A DNA stretch of 63,563 nucleotides, the filler included, from Reclinomonas americana ATCC 50394 (taxonomy: Eukaryota), in assembly GCA_048213135.1 (NCBI GenBank). It is 17 parts of 17 records of this genome, joined end to end, with 100 filler letters (N's around TTAATTAATTAA, not from the genome) between each part and the next. Parts side by side here need not be neighbours in the genome. Positions count along the whole stretch, not along the records: positions 1 to 3,385 come from AFZH01018744.1; positions 3,486 to 12,015 come from AFZH01018745.1; positions 12,116 to 13,846 come from AFZH01018747.1; 14 more parts are not named here. One strand, written 5' to 3'. Numbering within the stretch: the stretch's first letter is position 1; each line of letters begins with the position of its first letter. Below the pieces are notes generated by a model that saw only the letters and a program-made list of their open reading frames with translations, did no database searches and was not told where the DNA came from. Positions 1-13,452 of this stretch are shown here, one piece after another. The translations under genes and the position numbers were made by a program.

Positions 1-24
1 CCCCTTCTTTCCCTTTCCTCTCAC

Positions 25-3000
25 CTATCCCTCGGCGGCATGCTGGCCGTGGTCATGCCCAGCTCCACCAGCGCATTCCCGGCATCCCTCGCCCGATCGC
101 ACATGGACAGCACAAAGAGCACACGCTGCAGAAGCGTGGTGGAAATTGCGTCGTCCTCCTCGTCGTCCATGCCACCGACCATGCCGGGGCTCACCGAGTC
201 GAGCAGACCCAGATGTTGGAGGAGGATGAATCGCGCCTCGATAAGCCGCTGGCAGCGCTTCTCCAGACGCGCCAGTGCACGTTCCAGATCGGCGTTGTTG
301 CCAGAGAGCAGGTCGAGCTTTGGCTGCACGGATTCGATCTGCCGCTGCAGCACCACGCGTTCTTGCTCCAGCGAGTGCACCAGCGCTTGCAGGTTGGTCA
401 GCTGCGAGGAGGCCACTGCAGTGTGGAGAAGGGAAAGGGGAAGAGAGGTGAGTCGTCCATCAAGTGTGCCAAAGAGCGTGTACACGCAACATGTCAACGA
501 CGTCTGCATCGAATCGGCCTCGCCGAGTCGCTCCTCCAGCTGTCGGATGCGACCATCGCTCACGTGCTCACGCTCCGTGGCCACCGCCGCTGCGTGTCGC
601 AGGCTCTCCACTTGCGCCTCCAATGTCGCCGCCATTTCCTCGGCCGTTCGCAATTGTCCGCGCAGCTCCACGCCACGCTCCTCCAGCTCGTCGCGTTGTG
701 CCGTGAGACGCTTCACCGATTCCTTAAGTGCAATCATCTGCGACAGTGGTCAGCCACTCAGAATTGCAATGGACAGATAACAAAGAGACACTCACCTCCT
801 GCTGTGCCCTGGTGGCAGCCGCATCTCGCTCGCCCTCCGCCTGCATCACCATTCAAGTCAGCAAACCCCTTCTCACAAACTTCCCACATCGACAAACGCA
901 CCACTGCAAGTGACTCGCGCAGCTGCGCCACATTTGCCTGCAACTCGGCAATCCGCTCCGACGTGGTGGAGGAGCTGGAGAGAATCTCCTGCGACTGCAG
1001 CTTGGCACGCTCGACCTCGCGAGCCAACAACTCGGCACGCTCCGCGGCTTGCGTCCTCTGTTGCTTGAGCTGGTCGATCTCGTCGCGCGACAAAATGAGA
1101 TTGGCCCGCACACTCTCCAACTCGCTGGCCGACTGTGCGTTCAGCCGGGTGACCTCGCTCTGCAGCGCAGCCTCGCGCGTTGTCTTCTCCTCCAATTGCT
1201 GCTGCAGGGCCAGCAGTTGTGCGCGGGAGGCCTCCAGGTCTGAACGCAGGCCGGTCACCCTGTATGGGGGGAAAGGGGGTCAGGGGTAGGAGAAGGAGGA
1301 CAGGAAAAGGGAGAGGAAGAGAAAAAGAAAGAGAAGAAGAAGAGGGAGAAGATGAAAACGGGCCCCATCGTCGATGATTTCCACAACAGACGCAACTCGA
1401 GCCTCAACGCCTCAGTCTCGCCGACGCTGGTGGGCGGCGTATTTACTGCAGAGCCAGCCGCGGAGTTGCCTGGTGAATCGCGCCACCGATTTACATCGCC
1501 CAACTGGGCAAGCAGCTTGTTGCGCTCGCCTTGCAACATCACCACCTTCTCCTCCAGCTCAGCCACCACCTCCGTCATGTCCATCGACGAGGGATCGATC
1601 ATGGCGGACTCGCCAATCTCACTGACCGCCGTGCTGCCGTCCATTTCTGCTCCCTCGAGCAAACGCAGCAGCTCGCTCGGAATCGAGTCGACCAGTGGCA
1701 GTTGTGTGTCGAATTCGGGCACAACCACTTGGCACTCGGGTACCGGGTCCAACAGCCCGGGGAACAGTTCTGATGGCAACAGCATGCCGTATCTGTTTTT
1801 GAACCTGGGGAGAGGGAAAGGCGGGATGTGAGGGAAAGGCGGCAAGAGGGAGAAGAGAAGGGGAAGGAAAAGAGGAAAGGGGGAAAGGAGGAAAGGGGAG
1901 AAGGGGGAAAGGAGGAAAGGGGGACAAGGGGGAAGGAGGGGAAGGGAGGAAGCGCATGTGGAAGACGGCAGGGAAATCGGAGATGAGGAAGTGAAATCAG
2001 AGACGAGGAAGTGAAATCGGCAAGGGGGAGAAGGGAAATATCCTCTCCCTTCCGCCCTCCTCCCTCTCCCTTCCTCCCGCCTCCTTTCCCCTTTGCACTC
2101 ACCGCTGTCTCCTGCTCATCTCCTTATCCCGCAACGACAGAATCATGGTGGCAATGCGCCGCCCAAACGCCAGGTACTGCACGCCGAATCGCCGCCGTCG
2201 TTGCATCTCTTGCAGGGCTCGGACATAGGTCGACGGCAGCTTGCGAATGTTCCTCAAGTGGCTCAACTTGGTCGACACATTTTGTAGCGCCTGTGCGCGC
2301 AAGAGATGCAGAGAGAGTCAGGCGAAAGAGGAGGGGGGGGGGGGGGGCATACACGTGCTGCTGTGACGCACCTCAGTCAGCATCACTCGCGTGTTTTGCA
2401 AGTCACGAATCTGTGACTGGTGACGTGAGACGGCACGAAGTCTGGCATGCAGCATGCCGCTGGATTGAGCCTGCATTTATGAAACAAAGTGAGTGTACAC
2501 TCTCCTGAATCGCGGGCAAGACAGGAGCACGCAACTGCCGAGTTGGAAATCGTACGCAGAATCTCCTCCATCCGTGCGTCGTTCTCGGCCATGCGTTGCA
2601 ACACAATGTCGTGCTGGTGCACCAGGTTTACGAGAGCCTGACCCATGTCGGAGAGGCTGACGCCGCCCGTTCGTGTGGGTGACAGCGACGGTACGGTGAG
2701 GTCCACCTGCTGGATAACGTCGCCGGCCTTGTCGAGATCGGCGTGGAACGACTGTTCACATGTCCGCTGGTCGCGGAACAGACGCTCAATCTCCTTCAGG
2801 TAGGCGTGCGCAATTCGTTGTCTGCGAGCGCACAATAGTCAGCAAAGGCAGGAGACTTAGAAAGGCGCAGGAGTCGTGAACGAAACTGCTCCTCAAAGTT
2901 GCCCTCCGCCTGCACGTTGACTGCCTTGTCAATGCCCGCAAATAAAGCACGTGCATCGCGGATCTTGGTGGCCAGCTGCGTCTGATTTCGCCGACATCGC

Positions 3001-5369
3001 TCGAGGAACTGCTCGAGTTCGTCGCGGTGCAAAATGTCGACCAGGAATCGACGCGGTCGCTCCTCGGTGCCACCCTGTTGGAGGGCCGGGTGGAGGGGGA
3101 TGGAGGGGATCTGTGGAGGGGGAGGGGGTGAGAGGGGAAGGGAAGGGGGAAGGAAATAGGGGAAGGAAATGGGGGGAAGGAAATGAGGGGAATGGGGGAA
3201 GGAGAAGGTAGGGGGAGAGCGAAGGGGGAAGAGCAGAGGGGAGAGCGAAGGGGGAAGAGCAGAGGGGGAGAGCAAAAGGGGGAGAGCAAAAGGGAGAGAG
3301 CAAAAGGGGGAGAGCAAAGTGGGGAGAGCGAGATGGGGAGAGCAAAGTGGGGAGAGCGAGAGGGGGAGAGCGAGAGGGGGAGAGCNNNNNNNNNNNNNNN
3401 NNNNNNNNNNNNNNNNNNNNNNNNNNNNNTTAATTAATTAANNNNNNNNNNNNNNNNNNNNNNNNNNNNNNNNNNNNNNNNNNNNGAGCAAAGTGGGGAG
3501 AGCAAAGTGGGGAGAGCGAAAGGGGGAGAGCGAAAGGGGGAGAGCAATGAGGGGAGAGCGAAAGAGGGAGAGCGGAAGGGGGAGAGGGAATGGGGAAGGA
3601 GGAAGGAGGAAGAGCGAAAGGGGGAGAGCGAAAGGGGGAGAGCGAAGGGAAGGAGGAAGAGAAAGAGGAACAAATAGAAATGAAGAATACAGCGACGGAG
3701 AGGAAGAGATGAAGAGAGCAAAGAAGCATAAGGGTCACAGATTGAAAAACAGACAGAAAGAATGGGAAGGATAGCAACGCCGAGGAAAAAGGAGGAAAAC
3801 AAGGGGGTAAGACACAAGGAAATGAGAGTCGCCAATCTCAGCGGAACGTGACCGGTGCGACAACAACGACGTGAGCCAGTCGCTTCCAACCTCTTTTCCT
3901 CCCCCTCTCCCCTTTTTCCCCTCCCCTAGCGACTCACCTGCGACCACTGTGCATCGGCCTCTGACAAATCCCGGTCATTTTTGTCCAGCTGTCGCTGGCA
4001 CCGATCAAAAAACTGCTCGAAACTCTCCTTGGTGCGCGAAAAGTGCGAGTCGAGGTTGACGACGGCAGCGTCCGCAGCCGCCAATCGCACCGACTCCCGC
4101 TGATACAACGACTTGTACGCCCGCAAATGATCCGAGCCACGCTTCACAAACTTCTCCGCCTGCGTGTGATCGGCAAACAGTCGCCGCTCCACAAGCCGCA
4201 GCTGCTCCACCGTCGACGGCAGCACGTTTTCAGAGTAGCACACGGCGTCAACGCGTGCGTCATCGTCGCCCAGCAGTGCCTCTCGCGAGGGAACTAATCA
4301 CGGTGGTGTGAGTGTGGGTGCACACGCGGAACAGCTGGGGGAATCACGGGACAAGGAACATACCCACGTGTTCCGACACCGGCACCAGTGGCTCCTCATT
4401 CGGCGCCACGTCGCTCACAATCTGCCTCCGGTCATACAAGTACAGCGCTTGCGACTGTGACAAAACGAATGAGAATGAGAATGAGGGAGAGGGAGAAGAG
4501 GGAAGAAGGAAGGACGGATGAGGAGAAAAAGAAGATGCGGACGGAGAAAATGAAGAAAGAGGACAGCAGTGAGAAATGAAGAGAGGAGGAGAATGGGAAG
4601 GATGAGGAAGGGGAAGATGGAGAAACACTGGGAGAGGAGGCAGAAGGAGTGGAGAAGCAGGAGCAGGAGAGAACTAGACAGAACAAGAAGAAGATGTGGA
4701 CGGAGAAATGAAGAAGAAAGAGGACGGGAGAGAGAACAGAGGGGAGAAGAAAAAAGGAGGAACAGGAGGAGAACAAGAACACGGCAGAGGAAGACGAGGA
4801 CGAGGAGTGCGAGGAAGACGACGAACAACAGGACGAATGAAGACGCTTTGTTTCTTGGACGATCCCTGCGGTTTACACAAGAGAAGAAGGGAGAATATGG
4901 GAAGGATGTGGAAGAGACGGTGGAGAACAAGAAGAGGAAGAGGAGGAGAGAAGCAAGGAAGAAATCGACGAGCACGAGAGAAACGGAAAGAACAAGAACA
5001 GGGGGAGGAGGGGGAGGAGGAAGAAGAAGAAGAAGAAGAAGAGACGAGGAAGATGGAGAACGAGGAGCAGAAGCAGCTGCTTGCGAGGAACAATCGACGC
5101 ACTCCATCAAACGCATACGACTGCAGCGTGCGATTCGGATCCAGTCTCTCCCCGCCACAAATGAGGATCTGATCGGCAGCAGCCACCAACGTCTCCGTCT
5201 CCAGCGCCTGAATCAGTTGCAAAACACTATCACAACTGTATGAGAGACACGACAGACAAACTGTGACACTGTCTCAGTCAAATGAAGGAGAGCGCGCGCG
5301 CAACGTTGGGTCATCGCCTTTGAGAACAACCTCGACCGGCTTACCCGGATGCGCAAAGTACACACGCAT
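25..5369 (-). CDS. ATG11: Autophagy scaffold ATG11 / RB1CC1 (FIP200) orthologue; about 13 exons, 3' end runs off the left edge
   Basis: Spliced model: N-terminal ubiquitin-like region (MRVYFAHPGKPVEVVL...QILICGGERLDPNRTLQSY...LYLYDR), ATG17-like helical region (LHARLRAVSRHQSQIRDLQ; LPSTYVRALQEMQRRRRF...EMSRRQRFKNRYGMLLPSELFPGLLDPVPECQVVVPEFDTQLPLVD), then a long coiled coil. All joins are GT-AG and frame-consistent; family recognised by eye. Confidence 0.85.
3430..3441. other. Artificial scaffold gap linker TTAATTAATTAA inside N runs (first of 16; others start at 12060, 13891, 18926, 20797, 22767, 23954, 27781, 30601, 31942, 34166, 37841, 54776, 57437, 58612, 62078)
   Basis: Identical six-frame-stop 12-mer centred in every ~100-nt N block. 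Confidence 0.98.
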
Positions 5370-6519
5370 GCCTCTCACTCTCTCTGTCATGATGATAATC
5401 AATGAGTGAGTGAAGAAATGATCAGCCAACTGAACAATCATCACATTCGACGAATGACACACAGACACACACAGACACACACAGAGAGAGAGAGGCTTGT
5501 GTAAACACGCGCGCGCACACGCACAACGAGAGAGCGCGCGCTTGTGTAAAGTGGCTCACACAAACTGACACTAGTTGCTCGTGCGCGTTCTCTTGTCAGA
5601 TACGCTCTCTCGCACACGCACACAGACACACACAGAGAGTGACACACACTATTCTCTCAGTGTGTGTGTGTGCGTGAGAGAGAGAGCCTATTAAAAACCC
5701 CGGCACTTTGGTCGCGCACGTGTCAACTTTTTCTGTGACACACACGCACGCGCACACATAGAGACACAGACACAGTGACAAGAGAGTGCGTTTGTGTGTG
5801 TGTCTGTGTGTGTAAGAGAGAGGCAGAGGCGATGTCCGTGCGATCGACACCTTTTTTTACACAAAGAAGTGAGTGACTGTCTCTCTCACACTCACTGTGT
5901 CTCTCTCTGCGTGTGTCTCTGTCTGTGTGTTTGTGCGTGGGAGAGAGAGAGCGCGCGCGGGAAAATAATGGGTGTTGTACCTCGACGTGTCGAGCGCGTG
6001 TGTTTGCTGTCGGTGTTGTTTGCTGTGAGAGGGCGAGTGACAGGATTTTTGCGGAATCCGGCGGCGATTTCGCGGAACGGTGGACATGAACGCAACTATT
6101 TGCCAGTGCGCGCTTTGTTTGTGTGTGTGAGAGGAAATGGGAGTGTGCGAGAGTGTGAGGCGAGGAGATGAGAGGCTTTGGAATTCATGATTGTTTTTTT
6201 TACACAATGAAATCGAAATTCCCCCGCGGCCGTTTCTGTGCTTGCCGATGGCGGTGGGCACTGGTGCCTTGTACGGCAAAGGCGCAGGCGAGTTTCTTGC
6301 TATTGTCTGTCTGGCTCACGTGAAACTGCGGTGGACATGCAGGATCGAATTCGATCACGCAATTGGCTGGAAACGGAATTCGAATTCGAACGCGTGCTGG
6401 AAGCTTGTGCACTTCGATGAACTGGAGGGTGCCTCTGCAAGTGGATTGCGGAGCACAACCTGACAGGATCGAATTCGATCTTGAAACTGGCTCACTGCTG
6501 CGGTGTTCGGAATGAACAA

Positions 6520-7012
6520 CAACAACAACAAGATTGGTGTCTGTGTTGATGTTTTGGATACGGTTGAACTTGGTCATCAAGACAGCTGTTGCTTGTTTGT
6601 TGGTGAATGAATTGTTGTTGTACTTTACCAATCCAACAGCACAGCTGCATGATGATCACCATCTCGAGTGACATCACGAAAAAAGAAAGACTTTTTACTT
6701 TGCTTGCTTCTCGGATCCGGACCCGGCTTTGCTTTGTTTGCCTGGCTTGTGGCCTTTTCCCGAATTCGATGTGCCGTGTACGATTGCAGAAAACGCTATG
6801 CGTCTATGCAAGTGCGTCAAATCCACTGGTCAACCACGCTTATGCGGTGAAGATCGCAGTTCTCGACTTGTTGTTCGGAGCTCCGAGAGCGAATTCGAAC
6901 ACACACAAGGAACCTGCTCGCTGCTGCCTCAAGGTTGGTGTTTGTGTTGATGTTTTGGATACGGTCGAACTTGGTCATCAAGACAGGTGTTGCTTGTTTG
7001 TTGGTGAATGAA
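6520..7012. repeat. Dispersed repeat family B: internal duplication (about 6533-6612 vs 6933-7012) and an inverted copy at about 56143-56295
   Basis: aatccactggtcaaccacgcttatgcggtgaagatcgcagttctc...cttggtcatcaagacag...gcttgtttgttggtgaatgaat matches the reverse complement of 56143-56295. Confidence 0.8.
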
Positions 7013-7493
7013 TTTGTATGCTGGCGTTTCTGCAAGAGAAACCACGGCTTGTGACAAGCGTTGACTTATATAATACTTCTCGTGCAGGTGTCCTATCACG
7101 AGGTCGTGAGTTGTCTTGCTGAAGATGCTATTATTGTTGTTGTCAATTTAATGTTTATCTTTCGATACTTCCTGAATCGATCGACTGACGACTTTCAATC
7201 GCTTTTTTTCTGCTGCTGCTGCGTGCGCGGTGAGCACATCGGGTTCCCTTTGATTGTCACACTCTCTGCTATCTCCTCCCCTCTTTGCTTGTCACCGCAC
7301 GCCACCACTGTTTCCGTGCACAAAAAACAATCTCTGGTTTCCACAAAAGTTGTACCTCTTGTGTTTCTCGTTGCGCTTATGAACAACAATCGCTGTGCAC
7401 CTCCGCCTCTCATCCCCCCTCTGCTCCATACCCACGCACACACATACACACATCTCACCTCCTCTGTTTTGTTTGTGGTACAGAGGACGCAAC

Positions 7494-10400
7494 ATGTCTG
7501 GTCATGTCCGCCGCCTCCACTCCAACGCGTGTGCTCACGCAGTGCTGTGCATTGTCGCACTGTTGTCGCTGAGCGTGTTGAGCAACACTGCCGCTGCCGC
7601 AAGTGAGTACACACCGAGACACAGCACATTCACCACAAACGAACATGCATCTTTTTGTTTCTGGCGCGCGCTCATCTGAGTGAGATTGATCAAGAGTTCT
7701 CTTTGTAACGGTCGCATACGCAGCACACTCAACAGCCTTGTGCGTGTGTGATGCGTGCATGTGTCTCCACGCAATGACTCTCTTCCTCGTCATCAGTGCA
7801 CACGCTCGCATTTCGCTGCTGCGAAACCGTGATGTGTGTTGTGTCCGCTGCGTCAGATTCGCTGCTGCTGTGTGCTGTGTTGTGTCCGCTGCGCAGCGCC
7901 CGCGCGCAGCGGGTGTACTCCCTTCTCTCTTCTCCGTAATCCGTCGTGCCTGCCACTTTGCGCTTCTCCTATTTGTTCCTCCACTCTTGCGCGCGAAAAC
8001 TGACCGTTGGGCACATCTGCACTCCCTCCTTTTTGGTGCAATGTGTTGTCTCGCCCTCCTCTCTCTCTCTCCCCCTTCCCTCCCTTTCTCCCTCCCTTTC
8101 TCCCTCCCATTCTTTCTACCTATCTTCCCTCATACGCATTGTGTCTTTCCACCACGTGCACTCATTTCGCGCGCAAATTTTGTTTGTTTTGTTTTCCTTA
8201 GTCGTCATCTCGCCCTCCAACATCGCCATCAAGGCCGGCACCGCTGGCCAGATCGTCAACATCAATGTGACTGGCTCGGCCATTGCCTGGTCAACTTCCT
8301 CCACTGCCACTCTCTTCCTCGACCGCTCGTGCACTGGCACGTCGTCGCCGACCACTGTCGTCAACTCCAGCACCATCTCTGCTGCCTCGCTCACCTTCAA
8401 CGCATCGGGTGACGGCAATGGCGGTGAGCGCTATCTGTGCATCGACGTGGACGGTGCGGGCGCGGCCGCGCGCAACGAGTTTGTGGCCACTGTGTTTGTC
8501 TGTTGCGTGCATTTCTCCCTCGCAATCAAACATCAACCCTGGACTGACTCTCTCCTCCCACTTCACAGACACCATGGGCCGGAGCGAGATGCCGCAGCTG
8601 GTGAATGGTCTCGCCGACTTTCGGCTGACGGTGGCCGGCCAGCACTTTGCCAATCGTGAGCTGGGTTCCGGTGGCTCGTTTGGCTTGTTCGCGGCCGCCG
8701 ACTGCAGCGGGTCGCCGGCGTCCAACTCGGGTGTCGCTCTGCGAGCCAGTGATCCCTCCGGCTTCTACGCCGTGTTCTCGGTGGCCACTGGCGCGTCATT
8801 CGCGCAGGGTGCTCTGGGGGCGACGGCTGCCGGCTCATGCTCGCTGGCGTCGCCGGGCGTGTACTATCTGTGTGGCAAGTTGCGTTCGATGTGGAGAGAG
8901 GGGAGGGGAGAGAGAGCGCTTTGCTTCGTCTCCCTTGATTCTTCCTTTCTCACCTCCCCTCTCCCTCCCTTCTTCCTTCTCCCTTCCCCTCCCGCCGTCT
9001 CTCATCGCCTCCTTTCCCCCTTGCCAGGTTCCAGGCCGGTGGCACCGCCGTGTACCGCCTGCAGCAGGTCCCGCTAATCGTGACCGCTGCTTCATCGACT
9101 CCGCTGGTTTCCTCTGCCAATCCGCCCGTGCTCAAGTACGGCAGCGCCAACTCGGTTGTGATCGGCTCCTCGGCGTTCAATCTCACCGACTGCACGAGCT
9201 TCAAGCTCGTACCGGCGGGCGTCGATTGCGCCACACTGTCGGACTACTCGACGCTGGCGGGTGGAGTGGGCGCGGTGTTAGTGCGCGGTGGTGCCGAATC
9301 GTGTGAGTCGGCAACTGGCTGTCGCCTATTCCGCGCGACCATCACTCCGAATGGGTCGAGTGGCGGCGGTGCCTACAAGCTGTGTGTGGCGGCCAACAAT
9401 GGACCGTACGAGTCAGCAGGAGAGTCTTTCACCTCCGGCTTCATGACAGCCGGTGGCCTCAGCGCGAGTGGCCCGACGTCCTCGTCAACTCCGTTGACCA
9501 CTGGCGACGCCACCACCAAGCCAAGCATGTCGACGCTGGCGGTGATGACGAGTACGATTCAGTTCACGTTTGCTCGCGAGTTCTTCCGCCGCCCGCGCGT
9601 GTTGCTCGGCTTCACCAGCGTCGGTCCGCAGATGACAAACAATATCTCAACCCAGGCCAACGAGCCGAGTGATGGCACTTTCGCATTCTGTGCGGAGCCG
9701 GTGGTGACTGTTGCGCAAGTGTCGACTCGATGCCGTGGCGTGTCGACGGACGGCCAGCAGGGACCCACCATCACACTGAGTTGCGTTCACTACGATGAAG
9801 GACAAGGCAGTGAAGTGTGACTCATCGTATTTTCCCTCCGCGTTGCTGCACGTGCAGGCTACCTGGCGTACTATGTGCATCACACCAATGCTCTGTCGAT
9901 GGACGGTCAGCGCACGCTGACAAGCGCAGCGTGGGCGTCTGACGCGGTGAACAAGAACAGCTCGGCTGTTGCGTTTAGTGTGCGAGTATTCGTCTGTTGC
10001 TTCAGAAAGACTTACTTCCTGCCACGTGCTTGAGCACAGTTGGTGAGCGTGTCGTCTGCGTACCAGTTCGCGTCGGTGCCAGCTGTTCCCGTGGCCGTCA
10101 TCGGTGTAATGTCGATGCGCCAGTCGGCTACCGGCAACGATGGACGCGTGCGCGGCGACAACTTTTCGGTGACAAGCAGCTCAGCCTCGCGCTCCAGCTT
10201 TGTCCTCAAGGGCACAGTGAGCGGCGACTCGCGCATCGAGGCGGTGTCTGCACGCTTTGCTGTGGCACCGACGCGCCCCGACAACACCAACAACAGCGGA
10301 TTTGTCATGCTGTCGGGTGGTGCGTTCTCATCCTTTTCCCCTTCGGTTGGAGCGACATCAGGTTGTCTTTTTGTCTGACCCCTTGCGTGTGGTGCAGAGA

Positions 10401-12015
10401 CGACGCACACCGGCACTGCGACAACGCAGACAGCCAGTCTGGTGACGCCGTCGACCCCCAATGGCCTTTTGCGCGCCACCATCAGCGTGCAGCTGTTCCT
10501 GCGTGGTTGGAAGTCGTCGGCTGCCATTGTGCATAACCGCATCGATCAGCAGTCGCTGCAGTTCACTACCAAGCGCCTCGGCAACGAGGACTATGTGACG
10601 GCGATCTCGTACGGTGCCAGCGGGGCGGATGCGCCGGACGTTGAGTACGTGACGTGGGTGGCGATTGGTCGTGCGGCGCAGGGCGCGCCGATCTCGTGCC
10701 CTGCCGGCTACAGCGGCTCCAACTGCGGCGTGTGCACGCTGCCCGACGGTACCACGACGTGCTCACTGAACCGACGTGCGGTGCTGACCTGTGCCTACGG
10801 CACCACTCAGATCGTCGCCCAGTGTGCTGAGGGTCGCGAGTGCTTTGAGGCGAATGGCTCGTCGCAATGTGGCTGCTCGGCGAACGGTATTAGTTGCTCG
10901 ACTGGTAGTGATTGCTGCTCTGGAAGTTGCAGCAACTCTGGTCTGTGTGTGCCTGCGTGCAACCCCACCACCACCTGCTCCGGTCACGGAACTTGCAACA
11001 ATGACGGCACATGCCAGTGCGACGCTGACTATTACGGTGCTTCGTGCAATGTGAACTGTGTGGCGGCTACCACATGCTCTGGCAATGGAACGTGCAACAC
11101 TGACGGCACATGCCAGTGCACAGGCGACTACACCAATGCCAGCTGCAACTGCAGTCCCACCACCACCTGCTCTGGTCACGGTACATGCAACACTGACGGC
11201 ACGTGCCAGTGCACGGGCGACTACACCAACGCCAGCTGCAACTGCAGTCCCACTGCCACGTGCTCTGGTCACGGAACGTGCAACACTGATGGCACGTGCC
11301 AGTGCACGGACGACTACACCAATGCCAGTTGCAACTGCAGTCCCAGCGTCACGTGCTCTGGCCACGGAACCTGCAACACTGACGGCACGTGCCAGTGCAC
11401 GGACGACTACACCAATGCCAGCTGCAACTGCAGTCCCAGCGTCACGTGCTCCGGCCACGGAACGTGCAACACTGATGGCACGTGCCAGTGCACGGACGAC
11501 TACACCAATGCCAGTTGCAACTGCAGTCCCACTGCCACGTGCTCCGGTCACGGAACGTGCAACACTGACGGCACATGCCAGTGCTCGGGCGATTTCACCA
11601 ACGCAAGCTGCAACTGCAGTCCCACCATGACTTGCTCTGGTCACGGTACATGCAACACCGATGGAACGTGTAGCTGCACGTCTCCATGGAATGGTTAGTG
11701 CTGGTTCTTTTGCTGTTCTTGGTGTTTAGCTGTACGTAAAGGCTGACGTGTGTGTGCAAACAGATTCTGCGTGCGCATGCGCAGCCAGCGCTACTCAGGC
11801 TCTTACGTACGTTGGCCAGTGGATATCAGCGGCATCTAGCAGCGATGGTACCATGTTGGTGGTTGTGGGGACCAGAACCCCAATCTTCACCTCTGCTGAC
11901 TCTGGTGCAACGTGGACTGCTCGTGCATCCAGTCTCCTATGGACTGCAGTAGCGTCTAGCAGCGACGGCACGAAATTGCTGGCTGTGGCACAGAACGATA
12001 AGATTTACACTTCCG
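7494..12015 (+). CDS. Large secreted/cell-surface protein: signal peptide, S/T/G-rich beta domains, about three H-type-lectin-like domains, tandem EGF-like repeats, start of an Asp-box propeller; 3' end in gap
   Basis: Hydrophobic leader (AVLCIVALLSLSVLSNTAAA); FTFAREFFRRPRVLLGF and YQFASVPAVPVAVIGV...SFVL...TWVAIG resemble H-lectin folds; CSGHGTCNTDGTCQC repeats; FTSADSGATWT Asp-box. Eight exons join in frame. Confidence 0.75.
11060..11690 (+). repeat. 93-bp coding tandem repeat (31-aa EGF-like unit), about 7 near-identical copies
   Basis: Unit CSPT[AT]TCSGHGTCNTDGTCQCT[GD]DYTNASCN is visible in both DNA and protein. Confidence 0.92.
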
Positions 12016-12115
12016 NNNNNNNNNNNNNNNNNNNNNNNNNNNNNNNNNNNNNNNNNNNNTTAATTAATTAANNNNNNNNNNNNNNNNNNNNNNNNNNNNN
12101 NNNNNNNNNNNNNNN

Positions 12116-12182
<67 letters not shown>

Positions 12183-12338
12183 CTGGCAGGAGGCACGGAG
12201 ACGGAGCGTGCAGAAGACAGGAAGAGATAAGGAAAGAGAGAGAGAGAGATCGTCTGCGCTCCCTCCCTCCGCCCCTCCCCCTCCGCCCTTCCGTCTCCTC
12301 CCTCCCCCTTTCACCCTCCCCCTTCCCCTTCCCCGCAC

Positions 12339-13452
12339 CTGCACCCACAAATGAAACGCCTCCACACTCTGCGACCACGGATTCTTCCTCCTCGCGGCAA
12401 AATACCCCGCATCACCCGCCGCCGCCACCTCGCGAAACCCGTGCAGATAAAAGAGCCGATTGCCGTGCCACAAGGCCACAAAGCGGAAAAAGTCACGCCA
12501 CAGCAACTCAAACACCAGCCAATACCTGCACAAAGCGTGTGAGAGCACTCTCTTTCGCTCATGATCACCCTCCCTCCGTGTGGACGCAACGTGGACTCAT
12601 TGGCCACTCGCTCCCGCTCATACCGCTTCAGCTCGTGATACACCAAGCGCGGCGACAGGCACCCCAACGAGAGCCACGGCGAGAACTTGCTGCTGTAGTC
12701 CATGCCCAGCATGCCATTGCGCGTCTCCTTGTAGTGCTCCACCAAATCGGAGCCCCACAGGTAATACTCGAGTCGCTGCAGCGCCGCCTCCTCGCCACCG
12801 ACAAACGCACTCACCGACTCGGCATCGCGATCGTCGGCCACGCCCAACATGGCCCCCACACGCGCCACAAACTCATCCTCGGTCTCACTACAGCGAGGAA
12901 ACGCCTCGGGCAACTGCACGCCAGGCGGCACCGGTAGAGCCTCGCGCACGCGCCACACTCGCGGGTCCTCGACCTTGCGGCGGAAATCCGTATACACGGC
13001 CGGCAAGCGCGTGGCAAACGCCGGCGCGACGTCATCCGGATGCAACAGCGTGTGCGTCCACGACCACTTGATCGGCACGCCGGCGCCGATTGCCGCCTCC
13101 ACGTGCGCCTCCTCGTCGAGCTCCTCCTGCGTGCACTCCTTGCTGGCGTAGACCGTCGACACGGCGTACTGCGCGCAGAGAGCAGCGAGTACGGTCGGTG
13201 GGTGGCCCTCGACGACGGCCAAATCGCCGCCAATCGCCTGCAGCTGGCGGCGCAGGCTGACGACGCTTTGCAGCAGGAAGCGACGTCGATGATCGCCTGC
13301 AGATGCACACACACAATGAGGCAAAGTGGAGGGCGCTGTGAGTGAGATAGGGACGGACGAACCGATCTTGGGCAGGCCGGTGTGCGGCAGTGTCTGCTGC
13401 AGGAGCGCAGGGTTGATGCAGACGACGGGGAGCACTGGGAGGCCGCTGGCCA
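12339..13452 (-). CDS. CRY-DASH: Cryptochrome DASH / photolyase family protein (partial; both ends in gaps)
   Basis: GGEEAALQRLEYYLW...YKETRNGMLGMDYSSKFSPWLSLGCLSPR...NEST|YWLVFELLWRDFFR is diagnostic of DASH cryptochromes. Confidence 0.92.

Noticed and set aside
3386..3484. Recurrent TTAATTAATTAA palindrome as a biological repeat or CRISPR-like element
   Set aside because: It is always embedded in N runs of fixed size; an assembly linker with stops in all six frames.
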